A DNA stretch of 64,000 bases, from NCBI GenBank assembly GCA_002633005.1, contig NMRA01000359.1, positions 145,430 to 209,429 of the forward strand, written 5' to 3'. How positions within the stretch are numbered: the first letter of the stretch is position 1; every line of letters starts with the position of its first letter. The notes beneath the pieces were generated by a model. The model saw only the letters and a list, made by a program, of their open reading frames with translations. It was not told the DNA's origin and ran no database searches. The position numbers and the translations under genes are program-made. Of the stretch, positions 36,501 to 47,253 are shown piece by piece. The DNA is from Phoronis australis (Eukaryota; Animalia; Phoronida).

Positions 36501-39500
36501 TGTCAGCAGCTCGTCACTTGTTGATTTTTCTCCCACAAGACAAAGCCCGCCTCCTTATTTGGTATGACAAGACATAGACGTAGCACGTTTCGCTCATTCG
36601 TTTTTTAGTGTGACATCATTTTGACGTTTTGGACCCAGTCAATTACTATTAAAATTCTAAAATTAAAAACAGTCGTAAGCGCTAGGCTAGATTTAGGCCT
36701 AAGTACCTCTGTAACTTATTAATAACTTGGAAGTTATTACTTGAACTGGTCAATCTTAATCCTTCTCAACTCCCCGAGAGCATACAACGGGTGCAACCGT
36801 TGTCGGACTAAACCGGTTAATCCAAACCCATATGTTTGCAAAATAATTCAAATGCTTAACTGCCCCGTGATTACCTAAATCGGAAAAATCCAAGACCTAC
36901 AAAATGTTTTGAAAATGTGACGTGTCAGTCCATTTCCAGCAATATTTGTGGGTCCAAATCGCGTCACAGTTGTGGTAGATAGGTCATCACTAAACATTCG
37001 AATATGGAAGATGTGACCTTTGTCACTAAGGTGCTGGGGGATGGTACTTTAGTCAGGAATTGATTAAAAGAGTTTTGACGAGCTTTCGCGTTCCATGCCT
37101 TTTTAGTCATTTCTGTTGTGTTGACATATGTTGGCTTATTTTAGCCTGGAGATAATTGTTGAAAACAGAAGAAAGAAAATTGATAATCTGAACGAAAAGG
37201 TGAAGCAATCGAAATCGGAACAAGCGCAAGAAATGTGAGTTTCTCCCTCGCGGTTAAATTCATTGGTAACGATTTGGAGTTCCTGTAAGCGTCAAACACA
37301 TCAACGCATTGTAGGCTGGTGTCACTGCATAGTGAAATGCATGCTGATTTACTTCGACTATTTGCACTTCAAGTCACCATGATTATATTAAATTCGCGTC
37401 GTATAGTCTTCTGACACAGCGCCGTCCTGGATAAGTGAATGGGAAATTGGTCGAAGATTTTTCTTTGTACGTGTAAAGTTTTACGGACCAAAAACAGTCA
37501 TGTAATGTATACCATGAGTACCGCAGTTCAGGCACTAAGTTTGAAATGCAAATTTTACGTCTGTCAAAATTGTGTCCCCGTCCTCTTACAAATGGTATGA
37601 ACGCGCAATCATACACGGTGTTAAAAACCCTTTGATCTTTTTCCTTGCGCAACGTGTCTTCACAATTTGCCTACACAATGGTGCGATTGAGTGAGGCCTG
37701 GGGCTGAAATACTCAGTAGTTAGAACTTACAATTTTGATTTCAGGGCCTTGTTTGAAGACAAATTGACAGAATTGGCAACAAAATTAATGGAAGCAAAAG
37801 ATTTTTATGTGAGTCAAGTCATACGTATTTGAAATAACATAACGTGTTGAAACGTTTTTGTCAGTAACCTGGTACAGTTCGTTTTGTTAAAGTTTTTATT
37901 CACTTCTTATTCATAAAAACCAGTCACCGTGTCAAGACATGTAATACTGCATTTTAGGCAGACGAACGACTCAAAGCAAAAATCAAGGAAGTGAAGACTC
38001 AAAAAGATGCACTGGAAACAGAAGGTATTTATTCCTGTTGGTGGATAACACAAAGCCTCGTGTAGTTTCACCGCCTAAGCTTAGTTCTCGTCGAAATATC
38101 TCGCTCACTTGCAGAAATCTGTCTTTAACCCCAGTTATATTTCCCACCATTTCTGTTGTCCAGAGCTCAGTTGCGTAAAACACATGTTCGGTGCCCTCTA
38201 ACTTCTTTTTAGCCAAGGAAACGGAAAAGGACATTACAGACGTCGCAGAAAATATTAAAGAGTTGTCACTGAAGCCAGCCTATGACGAAGTATCTGTTTA
38301 TGTTCAAGATCAAATAAGGTATTTAAAGCTGTGTTTTGTTATTCAAGACGATAAGACCATTGCTTTTGCATCAGTTCTGCGATAACGTTTTTCTCAGACT
38401 TACCGTTTTCGAGTTATTTGAGTTTGAATTTCAAAAAACGCAAAATTTCAATTTTTTCGAAAAAATTATGGAATGTTGCGAAACTATCAATTTAGATAGA
38501 GTTAGGAACGGGGTTTCAGAAGATGTTTTCCATTTTTCGATAGGACGTCTACTTTTCGAATTAATTGAGATTTTCTGATAGCGCTGTTCCTTTGAGCGCT
38601 CTTACTGCATTGATGTTGGTTTTGTTTATTTGAACAAGACTTTAGGTTATTTCTTACTAACTTATAACATCTAAGTTCTCGTATGAATGTTATTGTGTTG
38701 TTCATAATCTCCGCCTTCATCGTCATGATCGTCGTCGTCGTCCTCCCCATCGTCCTGTTTTCACGTAAGTTCGCCAAGTGTCGCTCCTCCGAACCCTTTC
38801 GCACTGTTGCCAGGTTACCGGGTGCGTGAACAAGACTCAGGCTATTTCTTACTGATTTGTCATAATCTCCGCCTTCATCGTCATGATCGTCGTCGTCGTC
38901 CTCCCCATCGTCCTGTTTTCGCGTAATTTCGCCAAGTGTCGCTCCTCCGAGCGCTCTCGTTTTATTGTTCGTTTCTTCGACGAAACACGCGTTTATACAT
39001 AATGTATAGCCGCTGTAATGACATCTTGTTCGAGTGCGCAGTAAGTCGGTTCCTCAATCGTACCAACATGGAACCTAAAATGTCGAAATGGGGACACCCA
39101 ACCACAATTTTCGAACGAATATGTCCCTCTAAGCCTAAACATAGTGTGCTGGGGGCGTCGTTTTTTCCATGATCCGTAGGGGTGTGAGGTGCGTTGCGCC
39201 TGATGTAAATCAGCTTATGCAATAAAACAAATACCAACTTAGACCCACATCCCGCGAATTCGAACGAATGTGTATTAACAATTGAGGCAATATGTTACTC
39301 AGTATTCAACCTGCAGGTGATTTCAGGACACCGGGATTTTGTGGGATTGATTTGAATAAAACGGAAAGTGGCCTAAACAAAAACCTGGTTTTAGTTTGAC
39401 TGAAAACATGGATTTAATGCCGTTTAAAGAACATACCGATTGCAAGTTAATGTTTTCAGTCATTCACCCATACGGTTGGTGACACGAGGGGTATAATTCA

Positions 39501-39632
39501 TGCCATGTACGAATTGTATTTTATTTCTGATCCAGAACTGCACTACTTCAAGAACAGGCTAGACTACACCAGGTGAAGGAACAGATGTCAGCGCAAGTCG
39601 CCAACCTACAGCAACAGTTAGCTGGTTCTTAA
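33545..39632 (+). CDS. SYCE1: Synaptonemal complex central element protein 1-like coiled-coil protein, 9 short exons, 225 aa
   Basis: Exons 33545-33620, 34282-34356, 34598-34645, 35190-35244, 37145-37234, 37745-37808, 37958-38024, 38213-38318, 39536-39632; all GT-AG, phases consistent, 678 nt. The product MSTSLASGNSFKLDIICSSAQELQQERNCLEKKLNDLRQKRHGLETTANTISGKLNQASDTNNKMLETLKVARHKADQAQEQSNSLEIIVENRRKKIDNLNEKVKQSKSEQAQEMALFEDKLTELATKLMEAKDFYADERLKAKIKEV... aligns without gaps to the SYCE1 core as I recall it (EVQQ..ETL..ISALN..AFEEQLEDL..WDFHMPERL). Confidence 0.82.
34013..34166. mobile_element. PIF/Harbinger (Tourist)-like MITE
   Basis: TTA-GGGCCCCTGTACAA ... TTGTCAGGGGTCC-TAA; TWA flanks and imperfect TIRs. 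Confidence 0.6.
36748..36835 (-). mobile_element. Possible Nin/Deu-domain SINE fragment
   Basis: CTTCTCAACTCCCCGAGAGCATACA...TTAATCCAAACC resembles the reverse strand of the conserved central domain of Nin/Deu SINEs (recalled, not searched). Confidence 0.4.
38702..38950 (+). repeat. Direct repeat of a ~91-bp unit containing (GTC)n (38702-38792 and 38860-38950)
   Basis: TCATAATCTCCGCCTTCATCGTCATGATCGTCGTCGTCGTCCTCCCC...GTCGCTCCTCCGA occurs twice, with no N at the junction. Confidence 0.85.
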
Positions 39633-39764
39633 TCTAATTTTCGGTATTTTTAACATTGAAATACGTCTTTGTGGGAATTTGAATAGCTTGACTTCACGTC
39701 GCCAACAAGAAAATACTTGATAATTGGGTTTATAGAAAGTTCAATCTCATGTTAAAGTGTTATC

Positions 39765-39805
39765 AATAAATGATAAAGAGACAAGACATGATATAAACGT
39801 TTATT
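39765..39805. terminator. Convergent polyadenylation signals: AATAAA (+, 39765-39770, SYCE1) and AATAAA (-, 39800-39805, EFHC2)
   Basis: Both hexamers lie in the 447-bp gap between the two stop codons. Confidence 0.55.
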
Positions 39806-40079
39806 TACACAATTCACAAACTAAAAGTGAAATTAATGCTCCTTTAATACATAAAAATAAATATCTACACAACGTACAACTTTTTATAGTGTCTTTCATA
39901 CCAGCAAAGTTGAATAATCAACCTGCAAACTGAGCGGTTGCATCCGGTTCATCACAGCATGATGTTAATGGTTTTGAAGAAATGCAGTCTGACCAAAACT
40001 GGGGGTCATGCCAATAAATGCAAGATCTACTCACATTATTGGATAACTGATTATCAAAAATTCAGGAAACATTAATAAA

Positions 40080-43000
40080 TTAAGAATCTGTTTTTCCACC
40101 AAACAAATCTTGCATGAGTGCCCTGTAGTTGACTCTGCTGACCACAGATTTATTGGTTCCTGACCAAGGCGCCAACTGATCTGGTGCATCCAGCTGGGCA
40201 GGGGCCACCACTGGGTATTCCTTCCAGTCCAGGTATCGCAACAAGTCAGTATAGTTCACTGAACCATCATCGCCAGAGCTGCACCTGCAAATTAGAAAAA
40301 AATTGTTCTGAATTCAAAGAACATAATGTTAAAGAGATACATTAGTACCGAAGGTTCCCACATATGTCATATACAGTGACTTCTGTTTGTCTGGTCTAAT
40401 TTTTATGGGCATATTGTTGTAGGGCAATAGAATGCCCAGTTTCTTAAAACTCGCTTGTGACAAAGAATCGCAATTTGCTCTGCGAAATTTGGGAAAATTT
40501 AAAATGCCCAAATTCTCACAATTTACAAAGCTATAATTGGTCAACCTGAACTTACCTTGACAGCAAACTCTGCAACAGATCCCTTTCAATAGGTAGCCTC
40601 AGTGCTTTACAAGCAGTGATTATCCTTTCGGGGAACAAAAAGCCTGATCTGGAAAAGAGATCAAAACGAACTTGTTACATTATTTTCAATTTCATTTTTC
40701 TTTCAAGTAAACTGTTTTATTATTTTATCCCCTTTTAAAAACTACAGGGAAGAACTATGTGCAACATGGGTACAAAACATGAATAAAGAGAATAAAGATG
40801 ACTTCTCTTTGAGTCCAAATTCAGCTGATCATGAGAGATTTCATATTCACTATTATTAATTTATTTAAATTAATTTACTTGAGTCAAGAGCTGGTACTTA
40901 CTTCAGAGCATCAATTTGCATGAGTGCCTCTGGCAGTTTGTTGGTCTTGATGTCAAAGTTGTATTTCCTCAGCTTATCCTGAACCAGGTAAGCCAAGATA
41001 CCTACATCAGGTAAACCATCACCAGTTGGCTTTTCACTGTAATACCTGAAACATGGAAGATGAATGATTAGTAACAAACAGTACATTTTACAATACCATA
41101 TACATCTCAACAATAGAAGTGCAAGTCTTGAACAAGTTAGTTTGTATGAGGAACATAAAAACAACACAATATTGGCCTTTAAATACAATCATATTGACAG
41201 CAACATAACAACTTACCGATTTTGCTGTACAGAAATAGATTAGAAAACTTCAAAGCAAGCTCGACACCAAAGTCATACTTATTTTATGAACTCATTAGAT
41301 CACTCATATGCATACAATTCTCAGCAGTATCACTGACGTGCTGAAGCTGATCGCACTGTGAAAGAAATAGGGCTACTTGTTTCAAGAGAAAACTTGGCAA
41401 ATTCTCACCTTCCAACAGTCATAACCTCATGGTCTGTAATGCCTGGTATACGACTCCTCAACAGATCCGTTATCTGGTCAAATGTTATGTAGCCATTTCC
41501 ACTCGGGTCCCGTTGACTCAAGTAGGTAGCCAGGTCCTGCTGAGTCTCGGGCTCGTTAACAGCTTGCTGTATTTTGGCCATTATGTTGGAAATGCTGGCG
41601 GCACCAAACTGTAATATTCATAAGTCGTAATGTCTTAAAGTTAATAAAGTCACTGTGATCACACATAGTTTCATTAATAATTCATATCCCATGCATTGTA
41701 CTGAACCAACTCAACAACAAAGCACGCACGGTGAAAACATTCAGGTTTTAACTAGAGCAGCGTGTACAAGCAGAGCAACCAAAATAGTAACCTTACCTGT
41801 TGTGGATTTTGCTCCATGTATCTGAATGCATATTCGTCAGCATCAATGAGTACAAACAGATGGGAGTTGAAGTTAACACGCGCACCAACGTACAGATCAC
41901 TGGCTAGGTAGTACTGAGATAATTTTGTGCTGTACGACTCCTGGTTGGGCTTCTTCACACGGCCTCTCTCCAAAAATTTGCCACCTCCAATTCCTAAAAA
42001 ACGAGTAAAGTCAATGCATTAATTATGTGACTTGTGAGGTAAAAGCACTAGAAGCATGAAATGTAAAAACAGTAACCTCAAAAACAAAGAGCAGTTGCAT
42101 TAAATCTCATTGGATTTTCACTTAACTAAGATATTTTGCGATACAGAGGTTCGTGATTATTAAATTCACTCTCAATAATTCATCTTGCCCAGATAAAATA
42201 TCTCTTGATTCAGTTAATCCGACTTACTCGCGTTTCCCTTCTTAAAAATTTACAATAAGAAATAACCTACCTGAGTTTCTGACAGGTGGCTCGAATACCA
42301 GCAAAGTATCATCAGACAAGAAGTAAGAGATGATGAAGCGGCGGTCCATATCAATGGGCTTTGTCGTGTCCATTCTTGCCAGGAATCTGAGAACATTGCT
42401 CTCCAGGCCACATCGATCCTTCTCCATGAACTTGATGAAGTCTCTTTGTGGTGGCTTGGGAATGAGTCCTTGACATGAGCACAGTGAATCCTCTTCACTT
42501 CCAAATCCATTGTACGGTGGTACCTGACGTTCAACGGTGCTTGCCTTGGACTGTTTGTACTGAAGAGGTGCGAAATCGTCTGGAGAGCAACAGAAATATA
42601 ACTTAGTTAGATTTTAGTATCTGGTTAAGTGTGCATGTCTAGAGGTTAGTCTAAACTATTTGGAACCCTAGTAAAAGTCAGCTTGGGTGTGCGTTAAACA
42701 ATGAGAACTTATTTTATGATGAATAAAACATAATATTTATTTGTAAAACACAACCAAGCATTTTAATGGATCAACAGTTTGAATAAGGCTATAACAATTG
42801 TGCTACACAGAATAAATGAAAACTTGTCTTAAGTTATGTGAAAATAGATTATTCACTTGCTTTGCAGGTGCATGGGAACCAAGACACTGACTTTTTTCAC
42901 TTACTTATTCCATACTTGGTCCTGTAGAATTCCTTTGTGAAATCATCACAGTCGCATAACAGTAGTTTCCGTCCCCAAACATTGAGAACAGCCCCAACCG

Positions 43001-46000
43001 TCAAATCACTGTCCCTATAGAAATCTGTATGCACTGCACCAGACTGCAAAACAATGAATATAATTTGCTTAACTTTTATTGTCAAAGCAAATGAAAATTA
43101 ATTCCAGCGCTATGGAACATAAGTTGCATGTAGCTTAAACATGATGACCACAAATTTATTTGCATAATTTGCTTTCACATTCTGATATAAATTTCATAAT
43201 GCAGTACCTGTATTGATTGGTATTACAGATTGAAGGGGTAGTACGTAGTCTGACTATACACATTTAAAAGCAACAACCACAAAAATAGCTAACCTTCAAA
43301 CTGTCCAAGATGTAGCGCCCTCCATGGCCAGTGGGTCCAAACACATTCAGAACAGTACGGTCAGTAGTTTCACCTGGTTGTCGAAGAGGGACAATATCTT
43401 TGGGTAGCTTGTTTCTGTGCAAGAACATGGGGGCTGCGTCACGTCCAGCGTTTGGATGTATGACTTCTCTAATCTCGATCGTGTCATCAGCCAAGAAATA
43501 ATGGAGAACCATCTCACGGCTGTCCCCAAACATACTGTCTGTGTCATCCCAATGACAGAAGAAACGCAGAACGTGGCGATCGTGATCCAGGAACTGTTTG
43601 AGGGTGTCGTACTTTTCGTAGGGTCGCAGAGGCTGCATGCTTTCATCAAGCTGCAGACAGAAAGCATTAAGACAATCAGAATCATACATAAGTCCACATG
43701 TTATGCCACTCAACAGGTGGATGTATTTTGACTGTCAAAGCAATTTTCTGCAGAAATCAAAAATGTCGGCCAGGCAGTCACTATTTTGGTTTAAACGGGA
43801 AGTTAAGTTTCAGTCTGCAAGTATAACAATTTAATTGTAGTACCTAAAGATTGGGAAAATTCAAATAATGTCAGCCACTACCATGCTGAAATAAGCCTAG
43901 TGCAATAAATTAGCAACACAACACCACAAAAACATTGATCAGAGGGCAGTTTAAAATAACGAGAATAAAACCCACACCAGATATTTGTTCAATTCAAACA
44001 CTTACTGCTTTCCTGTACTTGGTGTAGGGATCTGAAGGTGTTGTCTCTGGATTATTAACTTTGATGCCAAGTTTGCGAAGGAAGTTATGAGTGAACTCAT
44101 CGCAACCAGTAATTTTGAATTTGCGCCCATACAGCATGACGTCGCGTCCGACATTGAAGTCTTCAATTGTGTAGTATCCATCATCATCTGGGGGAGGTCT
44201 TGGAATGCGATGTCGGCGAATTAAAGTGCCTGCCAAAGGTATTGGTGACTACATTTAAGTATGATGCAATTTTTATTGAAAAAGGCACACCGCAAATTAA
44301 CACCTGGTAAGTATTAATAATGTATGAAATGAGGTTGACCACAATATGCAACAACTTCATGGCTAGGTGCGGTACAATTATGCAACTGGATATCAAGTGA
44401 GCAAACTAAAATCTTGCACAAAATAGTGTTATTAAAAACTACAGTCTTTTTTGTTCAATTTAATTTGGTTACTGCCAAGAAAAGATTATGATGTCAGTCC
44501 ATTATTCTACAGCCAAATTTGTGCAGTGTTCACATATGTCAACTTTGAGCACCATGAAATATTGAGCGCTATCCGTAGGCCTATTCTCAATCCAACTGTT
44601 CTTTTTTTCACAAGACTGTGCATAGTTTGTATATCAAATTACCAGAAGTGGTAGGTAGTTTTGATTACTTGACTACCAGCGAACCAAAATTTTGAGAAAA
44701 GTTTGCTTCGACAAAGAGGACCTTATTTTCCAGATGTTGTTTTACCATGCCAAATGCTGAGCAAATGGCACGTGTTTTGAAATCAATGTATGACTTTTAT
44801 TTGTTACAAAAACAGAGAAACGCGTAAGAAAACGAAGTTCATCAGATTGTTTTTCTGTTAAATGACTGTGACTGCGGTGTCATTTGAATGTCAGAGTTGC
44901 AAAACCTTATGCACAATTGGACATGCTAGATTCTGATGTAAGTTTCATTGACAGCAAAATTTAGTGGTGAACTGAGAAACCAAGCCTTGATTAAATTGCC
45001 AATGTTTTATCTACATCATTCACTACACAAGCTGTCGTTCAGCTAAAGTGTACGCTAGCTAGCTTGTTAGTGCCTAGCTTAAATGTTGATCTACTAAAAA
45101 GTAAGTATTTGTTATGAGACATGTGGATATTATCATTATATAACAATAACAAATCATGGCAAATGGAATTTAATCTAATTCATTTGGAATCATACCTTGA
45201 GGCAATCCAGCATTCTTACTTCTTGGCTCAACAACCTGAATAGAGTCATCCTCAAGATAAAAGTATATCTTGCAATTTCTAACTCTGTATTGCTCTTGTC
45301 TCTGCTCAAACACTGCTTCTTGAAAGAAGGCGTCAAATGAGAGCACTTGTTTATCAAATGCCACCCACGCTGGCTGATTGCTGCCTTCTCCTCTAGGGAA
45401 GACGCTGTTTTTTACTTTGATCTTCTGGCCCAACAGAGGGTCCCCACCAATCCCTGGCTTTTCTGTCCCAACCATCATTTGCACCTCGTTGACATTGTCA
45501 AAGTGGTGAGATTTGTGGAACTTCTCCTTTCCAAGCTGAAAATGAAATTATTAAAAATCATAGTTTTGGACACAGTCAAACACGGAAAGGATCACTTTGG
45601 GTATAATAAATTTGAATCAGGTCGCTGAACGAAAACACTAGAGATTGCTAAGCAGCCAGGTTCTAACTTCTAGGACGTACAGTAATTGTATTGCTGTTGC
45701 AACGGGCGTATATTAGTGTCTACAGGTATATATTGCTTATCGACGTGTTTACGGGAGTCGAAACCCAATTTCAACTTTGTATGCATGAAAAAGTGCAGCA
45801 AAGTGTTAATGATCACTGAAGCTATATTACTCTNATCTACTAAAAAGTAAGTATTTGTTATGAGACATGTGGATATTATCATTATATAACAATAACAAAT
45901 CATGGCAAATGGAATTTAATCTAATTCATTTGGAATCATACCTTGAGGCAATCCAGCATTCTTACTTCTTGGCTCAACAACCTGAATAGAGTCATCCTCA

Positions 46001-46825
46001 AGATAAAAGTATATCTTGCAATTTCTGACTCTGTATTGCTCTTGTCTCTGCTCAAACACTGCTTCTTGAAAGAAGGCGTCAAATGAGAGCACTTGTTTAT
46101 CAAATGCCACCCACGCTGGCTGATTGCTGCCTTCTCCTCTAGGGAAGACGCTGTTTTTTACTTTGATCTTCTGGCCCAGCAGAGGGTCCCCACCAATCCC
46201 TGGCTTTTCTGTCCCAACCATCATTTGCACCTCGTTGACATTGTCAAAGTGGTGAGATTTGTGGAACTTCTCCTTTCCAAGCTGAAAATGAAATTATTGA
46301 AAATCATAGTTTTGGACACAGTCAAACACGGAAAGGATCACTTTGTCTTTGGGTATAATAAATTTGAATCAGGTCGCTGAACGAAAACACTAGAGATTGC
46401 TAAGCAGCCAGGTTCTAACTTCTAGGACGTACAGTAATTGTATTGCTGTTGCAACGGGCGTATATTAGTGTCTACAGGTAATCGACGTGTTTACGGGAGT
46501 CGAAACCCAATTTCAACTTTGTATGCATGAAAAAGTGCAGCAAAGTGTTAATGATCACTGAAGCTATATTACTCTCAGAGCAGCGCAGATTTTTCCCAAA
46601 TCAACGAAAACTTATTTAATATTGTTTCGAGATTGACTAGTACTTCACTGCTCGAACTATGTGCACAATAATCGATGGCTAGGCGAGTCTGTTGTCAACC
46701 AAACCGCACGCCGGGACATTGGATCGAGTAGAAAACTAAGCCCAGATTAAAAAGTATCTTCAAAAATGATAAAAGGTACTTACAGCCTTGTTGAAGGAGT
46801 TCCCTGGTAAGAAGGGTAACGTCAT
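40080..46825 (-). CDS. EFHC2: EF-hand domain-containing family member C2 (three DM10 domains + EF-hands; axonemal microtubule inner protein, RIB72 family), 11 exons, 749 aa
   Basis: Exons 46825-46784 (MTLPFLPGNSFNKA), 46281-45942 (LGKEKFHKS..KPGIGGDPLLGQKIK..WVAFDKQVLSFDA; duplicate at 45535-45196), 44229-44006, 43650-43294, 43043-42905, 42579-42271 (PPYNGFGSEEDS), 41993-41797, 41608-41409 (DPSGNGYITFDQ), 41045-40902, 40648-40556, 40284-40080; 2250 nt in frame. The N-terminus is EFHC2-type rather than EFHC1-type. Confidence 0.96.
45089..46575. repeat. Apparent tandem duplication 45089-45833 / 45835-46575 containing EFHC2 exon 2, joined by a single N (probable artefact)
   Basis: Exon copies differ only synonymously (GTT/GTC, TTG/CTG); intronic 6- and 12-nt indels; N at 45834. 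Confidence 0.9.
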
Positions 46826-47253
46826 GGTGGAGTTCTGTTCCAATTCCAAAATATGATGAACTAAATACGTGTGGATTTCGCTTGCTTACAGGATAGAATG
46901 GTCACCACGAGCTTGCTGTGGACGTCGATTGTTTATTGACGATCGTTGCCATAGACTGACGTCACGTATAGCTGTGATTCCGCGTAAATTGAAATATACG
47001 AAAACTTATAAGAACAAATTTGCTTGAAAATATTATAGTTTAAATTAATAAAAATGATGTTTTTATAAATATTTAATCATATATTGTTAATTAGAATAAT
47101 ATTTTTTCATAAAACGCTAAGAATTTAAAGAAATCATTGAGGTCGAGACTTTCTTTAATGCGCATGTTCCGGAAATAATTGTCCTGTGTTATCCTCTGCT
47201 TCTTGTTCTATGCTCATTTGACAACTTTATAAAATAGTTGCACAACTGACGAG
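46826..47253. promoter_or_regulatory. Bidirectional EFHC2/CMC4 promoter: X-box-like GTTGCCATAGAC (46945-46956) + CRE TGACGTCA (46957-46964); NRF1-like ATGCGCATG (47158-47166) + ETS TTCCGGAA (47167-47174)
   Basis: 428 bp between divergent ATGs; motifs read directly from the sequence. Confidence 0.65.
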
